IMG/VR virus record: IMGVR_UViG_3300047548_001122 | Location: 62,001-126,000 of that record | DNA: 64,000 nt | Strand: one strand, 5' to 3' | Shown: positions 48,908-58,843 of the stretch, in pieces | How the letters are laid out: every line of letters begins with the position of its first letter | Position numbering within the stretch: the stretch's first letter is position 1 | Position numbers and translations under genes: made by a program | Notes under the pieces: model-generated | The model's database searches: none | Told to the model about the DNA's origin: nothing | The model's input: the letters and a program-made list of their open reading frames with translations, nothing else

Positions 48908-49561
48908 ATGTCTGTTTTGATTTGCATGCCGTCTTATGGCGGTATTGTTAGTGATAAAACCGCAATTTCACTTTTTAACTTAGGTAAAACTTTAGTTAGA
49001 AATAATATCGATCATGGAATTTTATCCATGAGTAATCAATCACTAATCACAAGAGGCCGTTCCAAAATGGCCAATTTTTTCCTCAATAATACCGAATACG
49101 AATATCTTTTCTTTTTAGATTCTGATATAGGTTTCGATCCAAATGACGTTTTAAAATTGTTGTCACACAAAAAAGATATAGTTTCTGGTGCCTATCCTAT
49201 GAAATCTATACCTTTAGAGTGGAATTTTTCTCTGAGTCAAAATGGTAAAAGAGAAAATGATCTTGTGGCAATCGATAGAATTGGTATAGGTTTTACTCTA
49301 ATTCATAGAAACGTTTTTGAATCATTAATAAAAAAATACGGTGAAGAATTAAAATTCATGCCAAAAGAATCTAAAAACGAAGTACTAACAATTGAAGAAT
49401 TAAATAATTCTTATCATTTTTTTTCAGAACTAAAATACCAAAATACTTATTTACCTGAAGATTTAAGTTTTTTTGAAAGAGCAAAAAACTGCGGTTTTCA
49501 ACCTTGGATGGACGTTTCAATTAATTTGTCTCATGTAGGTTCTTACGTATTTAAGGAATAA
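48908..49561 (+). CDS. Glycosyltransferase-like protein (GT-A)
   Basis: LITRGR, FFLDSDIGF (DxD), GIGFTLIHR, PEDLSF, HVG. Confidence 0.75.
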   Translation: MSVLICMPSYGGIVSDKTAISLFNLGKTLVRNNIDHGILSMSNQSLITRGRSKMANFFLNNTEYEYLFFLDSDIGFDPNDVLKLLSHKKDIVSGAYPMKSIPLEWNFSLSQNGKRENDLVAIDRIGIGFTLIHRNVFESLIKKYGEELKFMPKESKNEVLTIEELNNSYHFFSELKYQNTYLPEDLSFFERAKNCGFQPWMDVSINLSHVGSYVFKE

Positions 49562-49562
49562 T

Positions 49563-51323
49563 ATGATATCTGGTGCTACGCAATCTTCCTTTAATTTTTT
49601 GTTTGAACATTTTGATGTACCTGAAAATGTAGTTATTGATTTTGATCCTAATAATTTGGTTTTGTACAAAGAAAAAATTAAGATACTTTGGGCACACTAT
49701 AACTGCGATCAACCATTATACCAAAACATTAATTGGGATAGTATTACTCATATAGTTTGCGTTTCAGAATGGGAGAAACAACAATTTATAAAACATTTAA
49801 AAATACCCGAAGATAAAATTAGTGTTATAAGAAATGGTGGTGCCGAATATTTTCAACCAAGTAAAAATAAATCAAAAACTTTAATTTACACTAGTACACC
49901 ATATAGAGGTTTAGAATATCTTCCTTATATTTTCACAAAAGTTTTAATTAAACATCCAGACGCTAAATTAAAAGTTTTTAGTGGTATGGAATTATATGGA
50001 TTACCAGACAATTATAACGAATTATATTCAATATTAAAAAGTATTCCTAACGTCGAAGTTTATAAACCTATTGAACATAAAAATTTGGTTGAACATTATC
50101 AAGATGCTGCAATTTTTTGTTACCCAAATATATGGGAAGAAACGTCATGTGTTTCGCTTATTGAATCTATGAGATGTGGTTGTTATCCTATTTTGTCTGA
50201 TATAGGAGCTCTTCGTGAAACATCGATGGGTTTTGGTAGTTTAATTAAAATGGATGGAGAAAATACTCCATCTGGTTGGAAACCTACAAGAGATTTTTTT
50301 GATAAATTTTCAGATGAAATAATACGTGTTTTAGATGACTATAAATACGATGAGAACATATCTAATTTTGCTTGTAACTATTATGATTGGAAAATAATTT
50401 CCGAAAAATGGGTAAAGTTGGTTGAAAGATTATTACAAAAGGAAAAAAACATGTCTTACGATGTTACAGAATTGGTTGAAATGCCTACTTCAAAAATAGT
50501 TAGTGATTCCGAAGTACTTAAAAAGGTTTATGACGATGTATTTAAATGGGAAAATTATGATAAAGAACATGCTCAAGGAAGAACTAATTTTCAAATAGAA
50601 AAATTTATTGCTCTAGATAATTTTACTATTGCTTCTTCCTTTACTGCTTTACTTAAAAATAGAAGAATTATGGCAGAAGGACTTTTTAGTAAAATTATTG
50701 AGATGAAAGAACGTCAAAGAGAATTTGATATGAAGTGGGAAAATACTCCTAAAGACAAACCTTTAGATAATGGTGGTAGTTATTCTTGGTATGATTTGGA
50801 TTCTTTAAAATTAGAAAACTATTTAAGATCATCTGAACTTGAAATTAGAGATAGAGTTCAACAAATAGAATTTTTTGATAAGTTATTAGATAAATTAATT
50901 GAGATGAATGGTGGCCCAATTACTAAAGAACAATTTGAAGAAGAAGATCATATCTATTGGGAAAGACGATTTGCTAATCAGGCATATGATGAGTTATTAA
51001 GTCAACAAACAGGAATCAGTATGGGTAATTTACATTCGATTCGTCGCGCAACAGCTCCAACCTTAGTCTCAAACGATGTAAATAGAATTAAAAATCCTTA
51101 TCCAGAATTAACAAAACTTATGTCTGATGATAAAAGTAAACAAGAATTTATTTTGGGGCTTCAACAAAAAGTTGTTGAAGGTATAGGTGAAGTTACTGGT
51201 ATAGATACTAAAAAGTTAGCTAACGAAAATGTGGCTGATAGAATTAGTTTACCAAATAAAATGCAAGAACAACAAATAGTATCACCAAAATCTTTGTTTA
51301 ATAAACAATATGTGAGTAATTAA
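49563..51323 (+). CDS. GT-B glycosyltransferase fused to a helical/coiled-coil domain
   Basis: VCVSEW, IYTSTPYRGL, ETSCVSLIESMRCGC in the N-terminal ~295 aa, followed by a charged helical domain. Confidence 0.75.
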   Translation: MISGATQSSFNFLFEHFDVPENVVIDFDPNNLVLYKEKIKILWAHYNCDQPLYQNINWDSITHIVCVSEWEKQQFIKHLKIPEDKISVIRNGGAEYFQPSKNKSKTLIYTSTPYRGLEYLPYIFTKVLIKHPDAKLKVFSGMELYGLPDNYNELYSILKSIPNVEVYKPIEHKNLVEHYQDAAIFCYPNIWEETSCVSLIESMRCGCYPILSDIGALRETSMGFGSLIKMDGENTPSGWKPTRDFFDKFSDEIIRVLDDYKYDENISNFACNYYDWKIISEKWVKLVERLLQKEKNMSYDVTELVEMPTSKIVSDSEVLKKVYDDVFKWENYDKEHAQGRTNFQIEKFIALDNFTIASSFTALLKNRRIMAEGLFSKIIEMKERQREFDMKWENTPKDKPLDNGGSYSWYDLDSLKLENYLRSSELEIRDRVQQIEFFDKLLDKLIEMNGGPITKEQFEEEDHIYWERRFANQAYDELLSQQTGISMGNLHSIRRATAPTLVSNDVNRIKNPYPELTKLMSDDKSKQEFILGLQQKVVEGIGEVTGIDTKKLANENVADRISLPNKMQEQQIVSPKSLFNKQYVSN

Positions 51324-51325
51324 TT

Positions 51326-51985
51326 ATGGAAGAAAATTTATTATCAAACATTTTAATAAAAAAAAATGTTTTGGATGAAGATGCTATTAAATTTTTAATG
51401 GATTTTGTAAGTAATAAAACAAAAAAAGATTTATCTGTTTTTGATCCAGAAAAATCAAATAAAACCGGTAAAATAGAAAGTTCTGTTGAAAAAGATATAA
51501 GAAACACACAATATATCGACTATTCGGAAATATATGAGTTGATTTATGATTTGTATAAAGATATTGTAAAAAATATTATAAATCCTTTTTATAATATTGA
51601 AGTCAAAGATTCTGAAATGCCTCAATTTTTACATTATGGTGTTGGAGGACATTACCGACCACATAATGATGCAGAAGCATTATGGAAAGCTCCAGACGGA
51701 GATATTTTTTGGAGAAAAAGTATGGACCGAGATTTAAGCACTGTACTTTTTCTAAATGATGATTATGAGGGGGGACACTTTGTTTTTCCGGAACTTAACA
51801 TTTATGTCAAACCTAAACCTGGTTTACTCATTTGTTTTCCTTCAAACCATCAGTATATTCACGCAGTTGATCCGGTTACAAAGGGTACCAGATATAGTAT
51901 AGTCAATTGGATGAGGGTAAAAGGTATAAAAACCGTCGAGGAACAGACTGAGGAAATAAACTCAAAGTACGGTATAGAGTCTTAA
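51326..51985 (+). CDS. 2OG-Fe(II) oxygenase, prolyl-4-hydroxylase-like
   Basis: GGHYRPHND (HxD), STVLFLNDDYEGG, HAVDPVTKGTRYSIV. Confidence 0.9.
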   Translation: MEENLLSNILIKKNVLDEDAIKFLMDFVSNKTKKDLSVFDPEKSNKTGKIESSVEKDIRNTQYIDYSEIYELIYDLYKDIVKNIINPFYNIEVKDSEMPQFLHYGVGGHYRPHNDAEALWKAPDGDIFWRKSMDRDLSTVLFLNDDYEGGHFVFPELNIYVKPKPGLLICFPSNHQYIHAVDPVTKGTRYSIVNWMRVKGIKTVEEQTEEINSKYGIES

Positions 51986-51998
51986 ACTACCAATAAGC

Positions 51999-52005
51999 AT
52001 AAATA
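51999..52005 (+). promoter_or_regulatory. Late promoter-like motif ATAAATA
   Basis: Intergenic CATAAATAG before 52039. Confidence 0.6.
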
Positions 52006-52038
52006 GTCTAAAATCGTAATTTTTCATAAGAGAAAAGA

Positions 52039-53487
52039 ATGACTATTACAAAAGTTATCAAAGATTTGATTGAAACCAATACTTACAATGAAATTGTATC
52101 GAATATTGGAAACACTCAACCCGTAACCATAAATTCTATAGTATTTGCAAATACACTTTTCACAAATACTTCCAATACTTCCATGTTAACAACAGGAGGG
52201 TATTTTAAATTATATGGAAACAACTATCAATCTGGTGCAAATGTATATCTAGACAAATATCTTGCAAGTAATACGAGATATGTTTCATCTAATGAATTAA
52301 GAGTAACTTTTTCCACTATCCCTGCTAAAACATATTCTTTATTTCTTTATAATCCAGACGGATCAAATGCAATAAAATATAAATCGTTTTTGGTACAAGG
52401 AGATAATACCATAGGTTATATTGCTGGAGGAACTGCAACTGGAGGTCCCGGTACAGGTACAGTTACTCGATATTCATCAGTTGAAAGGATAACGTTTTCT
52501 AATGATGCGACAACGCCAGACACGCGAGGAAACCTTCCAACAGATAGAGGTATATCATTTAGTTTTAATACAAATGAAAAAGGATATATTTCTTTAGGAA
52601 AAGTTGGTTCTTCCGCTTTAGGTACTTCAATAGGCAATTTAGTTAAAATACTATTCAATAATGACACTGCCTCCGCAACTACTTTTCCATATCCTTTTCC
52701 TACAGGTACTTTAACTCTTGGAAGTTCGGTACAAAATTCAACATACGGTTATCACGTATCAGGGTTTGGAATTCCTTCACCGGGTTCAATCGTATCTTCG
52801 ATTCTTAGAATGGATTTCCAAAATGAAGCTGCTACTCCAATTTCAAAGGGATCCATAGATTCTGCTAGAGGATATTCAACTGGCGCTTATAATAATACTT
52901 ATGGTTGGATAATAGGAGGTACAACAAGTACAATTTTTACAAGTAGTACTAGTTCCAGTAATGAAGGAGTTTCTTTAATTAGTAGAATAGATTTTTCTGC
53001 GGACACTAATATTAGTATTGTTAGAGGTCCAACTAGTACAAATTATTTTGCAGGAGTATCTGTTCAAAATCAAAATTATACTTGGTTTACTGGAGGATTA
53101 AGTAGTCACACTTATAATCCTGGAACACCAGCAACATTTGTATCAACCAACACCACTAACATTAAAAGATTCGATTTCAGTAATGATACAGTTGCAGCTA
53201 CAACAAGATTGCCTATAATTTCAACAGCTGATAAAACAGTGGGAGGCTCGAATGAAAATAATGATTATGGTTGGTTTCTTGGTGGCGCTGATGTTCCTTC
53301 CTCAGTAACAACAGCTCCCGTAGGTCCTACTTACCTACCAGAATTTTTGGATTATGCACCTTCAATAGGTGCTATAAGTCTGGTATATAGACTAACCTTT
53401 GCATCCGATACTTCTGCGGTTTCTTCTAGATCATCTTTAAATTTAGCTAGAAAAGGTGTAACTAGTTTTAACGGAATCAATACCTAA
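52039..53487 (+). CDS. Kelch-like beta-propeller virion protein with N-terminal Ig/TIG-like domain
   Basis: Repeated GW/YxxGG...R.DFSNDT...R blades; N-terminal G.N.Q.GANV...V...ELR...NPDG. Confidence 0.6.
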   Translation: MTITKVIKDLIETNTYNEIVSNIGNTQPVTINSIVFANTLFTNTSNTSMLTTGGYFKLYGNNYQSGANVYLDKYLASNTRYVSSNELRVTFSTIPAKTYSLFLYNPDGSNAIKYKSFLVQGDNTIGYIAGGTATGGPGTGTVTRYSSVERITFSNDATTPDTRGNLPTDRGISFSFNTNEKGYISLGKVGSSALGTSIGNLVKILFNNDTASATTFPYPFPTGTLTLGSSVQNSTYGYHVSGFGIPSPGSIVSSILRMDFQNEAATPISKGSIDSARGYSTGAYNNTYGWIIGGTTSTIFTSSTSSSNEGVSLISRIDFSADTNISIVRGPTSTNYFAGVSVQNQNYTWFTGGLSSHTYNPGTPATFVSTNTTNIKRFDFSNDTVAATTRLPIISTADKTVGGSNENNDYGWFLGGADVPSSVTTAPVGPTYLPEFLDYAPSIGAISLVYRLTFASDTSAVSSRSSLNLARKGVTSFNGINT

Positions 53488-54869
53488 TGGCTATTACTAA
53501 AGTTATTAAGAGTTCTATAGATTCTAATACTGTTTTTAGAATTCGACAAGAAGTTAAACCAAATGAACAAACTGTAGGTATAACAAATATATATTATACT
53601 GATTCGTCGTATGCAAATACATCTAATACAACTATAAGTTCAAATGCCAATAGTTATATCAAAATTTTTGGATTTGGATTTCAACAAAACGCAAATGTAG
53701 TATTAGTACCTTCACAAAACACTTATTTGTATTCATCAGATGTAACTGATTTTTTTGAAAATGCAATAGAAGTAAATTCTTATTATGTAAATTGGGGTGA
53801 GTATAGAGCTCAAATAAATCAAAATTCAGCAAATACTTATCCTATCACAACAGAATACAATTTATTTTTAATCAATTCAGACGGTTCAAATGCAATCGTT
53901 AAAAGTGGATTAAATTATTCTAGTAGTAATGTAATTTATGGATGGACTGTTGGCGGTCATGATTCTAGCACAACAAATATTTCTTCAATTTATAGGTATG
54001 ATTTTAGTAATGAAACATTCCAATCTATCAACAATTTGAGTATTTCACAAGGACGAATAGCATCAATTTCTAATGATACGTTTGGATGGTTAATAGGTGG
54101 TTGTGTAAACAGTCCAACTCAAACTTCCACTTCAAACGTAGAAAGACTAAATTTATTTAATGATACCAGTGCAATTTCACAAAGGAATACTTTAACTAAA
54201 AATATTGGTGCAGCATCATCTGCAAAAACATCCGAATACGGTTATGTGATTGGTGGATATGCAAGAAACACACTTCCCACTAATGCTACTTATAGTACTA
54301 TAGATAGAATAGATTTATATAACGACTCTGTTATTTTATCTGAAAGAACTTCTATGTCATCTAATAGCATTAGTGAGCAAGCAACGGTGCAAAACGACAC
54401 TTATTTTTGGATAAATGGTGGAACTACTATTACTAATCCTATAACATTTAGTAGTAAAGTTTTAAGACTTGCTTTTTCTTCGGACACTTCTCAAGTTGAG
54501 CAAAGAGTAACGTTTGCAACAGGGCAATCAAGAAGTGCTGGAGTATATAATACAACATATGGCTGGTTTGGAGGAGGACAAATAGCAACACCAGCAGTAC
54601 TTTCTCAAGTAAATAGATTAACATTTTCTTCCGACACATCTGCTCTTTCAACCAGAGGTGCATTAAGTTATCCTAGATTTTATTTAAGTTCTACACAAGA
54701 TTCAACATATGGATGGTTTTTCGGTGGCTTGGGTCCAGGAACACCACAACCTTCACTTTCTTATGTTGATAGAATTACTTTTTCTAATGATACTGAAACC
54801 GCAACAACTAGATCAGATTTTCCAATATCCGTATATGGAATGTCATCGATGTCTAACTACCAAGTTTAA
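53487..54869 (+). CDS. Kelch-like beta-propeller virion protein (paralogue of 52039)
   Basis: Same N-terminus (M(T/A)ITKVIK), same NxDGSNAI motif and GWxxGG...R.TFSSDT blades. Confidence 0.6.
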   Translation: MAITKVIKSSIDSNTVFRIRQEVKPNEQTVGITNIYYTDSSYANTSNTTISSNANSYIKIFGFGFQQNANVVLVPSQNTYLYSSDVTDFFENAIEVNSYYVNWGEYRAQINQNSANTYPITTEYNLFLINSDGSNAIVKSGLNYSSSNVIYGWTVGGHDSSTTNISSIYRYDFSNETFQSINNLSISQGRIASISNDTFGWLIGGCVNSPTQTSTSNVERLNLFNDTSAISQRNTLTKNIGAASSAKTSEYGYVIGGYARNTLPTNATYSTIDRIDLYNDSVILSERTSMSSNSISEQATVQNDTYFWINGGTTITNPITFSSKVLRLAFSSDTSQVEQRVTFATGQSRSAGVYNTTYGWFGGGQIATPAVLSQVNRLTFSSDTSALSTRGALSYPRFYLSSTQDSTYGWFFGGLGPGTPQPSLSYVDRITFSNDTETATTRSDFPISVYGMSSMSNYQV

Positions 54870-54881
54870 AACCTAGATGGC

Positions 54882-54888
54882 ATAAATA
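54882..54888 (+). promoter_or_regulatory. Late promoter-like motif ATAAATA in the loop of an SD-overlapping hairpin
   Basis: CCTAGATGG-cataaatact-CCATCTA(A)GG just before gp13. Confidence 0.7.
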
Positions 54889-54907
54889 CTCCATCTAAGG
54901 AGAATTT

Positions 54908-55864
54908 ATGGCTGTTCCTACAACTAGAACTCAATTCAAAGATTATTGTCTAAGACAACTTGGCTGGCCAGTTGTACAGATTAATGTGGATGATGATCAG
55001 GTTGAAGATAGAATTGACGATGCACTTCAATTTTTTTATGATTACCATTTTGATGGTTGTGAAAAAATTTATATGAAACATCAATTTACACAAGAAGATA
55101 TTGATCGTCGTTGGATATATTGTCCTGATGCTGTAATATCTGTAATTGGTGTTATGCCTTTTGATGATTCAAATTCTTCCATAAACATGTTTGATCTAAG
55201 ATATCAACTCAGATTGCATGATCTTTACGATTTTACTTCCGTTTCTTATGTTTCTTATGAAATTACTATGCAACATATTCGAACTTTGAATTTGTTGTTC
55301 TCAGGTACCCCTCAATTTAGATTTAATCGCCACATGAATAGGGTGATGTTAGATATTAATTGGGAAAGTGATGCTAAAGTAGGAGAATATGTTATTATTG
55401 AATGTTACCGTAAATTGGATCCAGACACATTAACTTTAACTGGAACTGTAACAGGAAACACCTCTTCAAATACTTTAATTGGAACGAGCACAAAATTTGA
55501 TCAAGAAGTTGTTGAAAACGATTTTATTACTTTGTCTGACGGTCAAGAATTTCAAATTTATAAAATAAATTCACCAACAAAAATTGAATTAAGAAGTCCT
55601 CCATCAGCAAACATTGCGTCACTTACTATGACAAAACCTGGCGTAAGTGATGTTTGGAATGACAGATTCTTAAAACAATATGCCACAGCAAAAATAAAAC
55701 AACAATGGGGCACCAATATGAAAAAGTTTGGTGGCATACAAATGCCAGGTGGTGTGACATTAAACGGTAAAGAAATTTATGATGAGGCTACAGAAGAAAT
55801 TCGAAGAATAGAAGAAGATATGCAATCATATAATGTTTTACCTAACGATTTCCTTATGGGTTAA
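54908..55864 (+). CDS. gp13: Neck protein gp13
   Basis: LRQLGWPVVQINVDDDQVEDRIDDAL, WNDRFLKQYATAKIKQQWG, PGGVTLNG; position before gp14/gp15. Confidence 0.9.
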   Translation: MAVPTTRTQFKDYCLRQLGWPVVQINVDDDQVEDRIDDALQFFYDYHFDGCEKIYMKHQFTQEDIDRRWIYCPDAVISVIGVMPFDDSNSSINMFDLRYQLRLHDLYDFTSVSYVSYEITMQHIRTLNLLFSGTPQFRFNRHMNRVMLDINWESDAKVGEYVIIECYRKLDPDTLTLTGTVTGNTSSNTLIGTSTKFDQEVVENDFITLSDGQEFQIYKINSPTKIELRSPPSANIASLTMTKPGVSDVWNDRFLKQYATAKIKQQWGTNMKKFGGIQMPGGVTLNGKEIYDEATEEIRRIEEDMQSYNVLPNDFLMG

Positions 55865-55866
55865 TT

Positions 55867-56823
55867 GTGGCTACAAATTTTTATTTCCAACCATTTCCAC
55901 AAGATCAAATAACCAATGAACAACTTCTAGTTGAAGATTTGGTTATTGAAGCTCTTGGAATATACGGCATGGACGTATATTATTTACCTAGAACATCCAG
56001 AGATCCAAATGGTATCGATCAACTATATGGTGAAGATACTTTAAAACAATATGTCTCTGCACATCCAATCGAAGTGTATTTGGAAAATATTACAGGCATG
56101 GATGGTGAAGGTGATTTTATTTCCAAGTTTGGTTTAGAAATTAGAGATGAAATTACGGTATTAGTTTCTCGCCGAAGATTTAAGTACGCAGTAGGTTCTA
56201 CAAATTATAATCGTCCAAGGATTGGCGATATTGTTGCGACCGAAAATCAAGCACCAACAAGACCCAGAGAAGGTGATTTAATTTATCTACCTTTACTAAA
56301 AGGATTTTTTGAAATAACTATGGTTGAACACGAAGATGACCAAGCAATGTTTTATACGTTAGGTCGTGGTCGTGGAGGTAACGTTTATGTTTATGCAATT
56401 AAATTAAAAAAATATGTTTTTTCAGAAGAAGTTGTTACTACTGGAAAACAAGAAATTGACGATATAGCTTTTGACTATTATAGAAAAACTAGACTTTCTG
56501 TTCCAGTTTCAGGCACAGGAACTTTTATTAAAGGTGAAATTGTTTATCAAGGAACAGATTTAGCTAATTCGACAGCACAGGCTATAGTTCACACTTGGAA
56601 TCCTGCTCGATATGTTGATGTAGTTCAAGTGCAAGGCACATTTATTTCAGGACAAAGTTTAAAGGGTAATACAAGTAATTCAATTTGGACTATGGACGAA
56701 CCAGAAAATAATTTAATAACCACCAATACTGCATTTGAAGATGTTCAAGACAACTTTGTAATTGAGGGAGAATCAGATTCAATTATCGACTTTACGGAAG
56801 CTAATCCGTTTGGAGAACCGTAA
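55867..56823 (+). CDS. gp14: Neck protein gp14
   Basis: LVEDLVIE..GIYGMDVYYLPR, SKFGLEIRDE, PREGDLIY, C-terminal DFTEANPFG. Confidence 0.9.
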   Translation: MATNFYFQPFPQDQITNEQLLVEDLVIEALGIYGMDVYYLPRTSRDPNGIDQLYGEDTLKQYVSAHPIEVYLENITGMDGEGDFISKFGLEIRDEITVLVSRRRFKYAVGSTNYNRPRIGDIVATENQAPTRPREGDLIYLPLLKGFFEITMVEHEDDQAMFYTLGRGRGGNVYVYAIKLKKYVFSEEVVTTGKQEIDDIAFDYYRKTRLSVPVSGTGTFIKGEIVYQGTDLANSTAQAIVHTWNPARYVDVVQVQGTFISGQSLKGNTSNSIWTMDEPENNLITTNTAFEDVQDNFVIEGESDSIIDFTEANPFGEP

Positions 56824-57677
56824 TGTTAAATACTGAACATTTTTATCATAGAACAATAAGAAAAATTGTTGTAGCTTTTGGCACATTATTTAATGACATA
56901 CAACTCATTAGATACACCAAAGATATGTCACAGGCAAAAGAGAGATTTAGAGTACCTTTACATTATGGTTCAAAAGAAAAATACGTAACTCGACTTTTAT
57001 CTGATCCTAATTTAATTAAAAGTGTAAGTACGACTGTTCCTAGAATGTCGTTCGAACTTACAAGTATGAGTTATGATGTTTCTAGAAAACAACAATCTTT
57101 ATTGAGAAACTTTTCTGCAAATAATTCAACTAGATTAAATACACAGTTTGCTCCTATACCTTATAATTTTGAATTTTCAATGTCAATTTATGTAAGAAAT
57201 ACTGAAGATGGTACGCAGATATTGGAACAAATATTACCATTTTTTACACCTGATTTTAATGTTACAGTTGATTTTGTTCCTGGTATGGATCAAAAATACG
57301 ATTTACCAATTATATTAAATTCTGTAAATACAACAACCGAATATGAAGGTGATTTTTCTTCTACTAGATACATTACTTGGGACTTAGAATTCACAGCAAA
57401 AGGATATATTTGGCCTGCAATTAAAACTGGCAAGTATATTAGACAAGCAAATACAAATATTTACCTGTCTGAAAATCCAACTAATTATGCTAACACGGCT
57501 AATTTAGCAATATCAGAAGTTAAGACAACACCAAATCCAATAACAGCTGAACCAGATGACGAATTTGGTTTTTCGGAAGAATTTAGTAATCCATTAGAAC
57601 CAGCGTCAATTTTAATTTTGACTGAAGATGGTTTTGAAATTGTAACAGAAGATTCCAGATTTAAACTAGAGGCTTAA
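56823..57677 (+). CDS. gp15: Tail sheath stabiliser/terminator gp15
   Basis: FYHRTIRKIVVAFGTLFNDI, PRMSFE, QILEQILPFFTP. Confidence 0.9.
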   Translation: MLNTEHFYHRTIRKIVVAFGTLFNDIQLIRYTKDMSQAKERFRVPLHYGSKEKYVTRLLSDPNLIKSVSTTVPRMSFELTSMSYDVSRKQQSLLRNFSANNSTRLNTQFAPIPYNFEFSMSIYVRNTEDGTQILEQILPFFTPDFNVTVDFVPGMDQKYDLPIILNSVNTTTEYEGDFSSTRYITWDLEFTAKGYIWPAIKTGKYIRQANTNIYLSENPTNYANTANLAISEVKTTPNPITAEPDDEFGFSEEFSNPLEPASILILTEDGFEIVTEDSRFKLEA

Positions 57678-58436
57678 ATGGCAACCAAAAAAATATCAGA
57701 ATTAACAATATTAGATACTGTTAGTGCAAATTTACAATTAACAGTAATTCCAGTTTTAGATACAGCAACTGGAACAACAAGAAAAGTAACCCTCCAACAA
57801 ATTAATGATTCTGTCGAAGCAAACATTCCTTTTGCGGCCGCAGCATTTACACAGGCAAATACAGCAGCAAATTCTGCTAGTGTCGCTGACCAAAAAGCTG
57901 TGAGTGCATCTTCATATGCTAATTCAGCCTTTAATAGGGCTAATAATAGTTTGAATGTAAGTGTTGGAGGTACGATAACTGGTGACATTACGATTAATGG
58001 TAATGTTTCGATAACTGGTTGTACTGCCACACTATCAGTAAGTACCCTTAGAACTTCAGATCACTTGATTGATGTTGGTTATGGTACAGTTGGATCTCCA
58101 TCCCAAAATGCAGGTATCAGAGTTTTGAGGGGCGATGAAACTCCTGTGCAAGTGCGTTGGAATGAATCCTCAAACAAATGGCAATACACCAACGATGGTA
58201 CTGAATATATTGATTTTTCTGATGTGACATCAAGTCAACTATCATCGGCATACAATCAAGCTAATACTGCAAGTTTATATGCTAACGCAGCTTTTGATGC
58301 ATCCAATACTTCCGAACCATATATTGCAAGCAATACTTCTTATTGGTTAACATCATCACCAACAACAATACAAGATGCTGTTGATCGTTTAGCTAATTTA
58401 GTATTCACATTAAACAGTAATAATCCTATTCCTTAA
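57678..58436 (+). CDS. Short fibre-module protein
   Basis: MATKKISEL N-terminus, YANSAF heptads and one GGTITGD...NAGIRVLRGD..RWNE module close to that at ~39.6-39.9 kb. Confidence 0.65.
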   Translation: MATKKISELTILDTVSANLQLTVIPVLDTATGTTRKVTLQQINDSVEANIPFAAAAFTQANTAANSASVADQKAVSASSYANSAFNRANNSLNVSVGGTITGDITINGNVSITGCTATLSVSTLRTSDHLIDVGYGTVGSPSQNAGIRVLRGDETPVQVRWNESSNKWQYTNDGTEYIDFSDVTSSQLSSAYNQANTASLYANAAFDASNTSEPYIASNTSYWLTSSPTTIQDAVDRLANLVFTLNSNNPIP

Positions 58437-58438
58437 TT

Positions 58439-58840
58439 ATGAAAAAAACAAATGAAAAATTATCTGAAATATTGGAGATAGAACCAATATCTTATGAAGA
58501 TAAAAATGAAATACAAACAATTTCTCCCAATTTAACAATTATCGATGATGATGCCGAATTCGCTCGAACCAATATTAAAGAGTTAATACAAAAAGGAAAT
58601 GGCGCCATAGATAGTTTGTTGGAAGTAGCAAAAGCCACCGACCATCCTAGAGCATATGAAGTTGCTGCTAATATGTTAAAAAGTTTGGCAGAAATGAATA
58701 AAGATTTAATGGAAATACAAAAAAGAAAAAAAGATTTACAACCTAAAGAAACTTCACCAGCAAACGGTATAAATGTAGATAAGGCGGTTTTTATAGGTTC
58801 AACAAAAGAATTAATTAAAGCACTTAAAATGAAGGAATAA
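58439..58840 (+). CDS. gp16: Terminase small subunit gp16
   Basis: DDDAEFARTNI, HPRAYEVAANM, VFIGSTKEL. Confidence 0.88.
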   Translation: MKKTNEKLSEILEIEPISYEDKNEIQTISPNLTIIDDDAEFARTNIKELIQKGNGAIDSLLEVAKATDHPRAYEVAANMLKSLAEMNKDLMEIQKRKKDLQPKETSPANGINVDKAVFIGSTKELIKALKMKE

Positions 58841-58843
58841 AAA

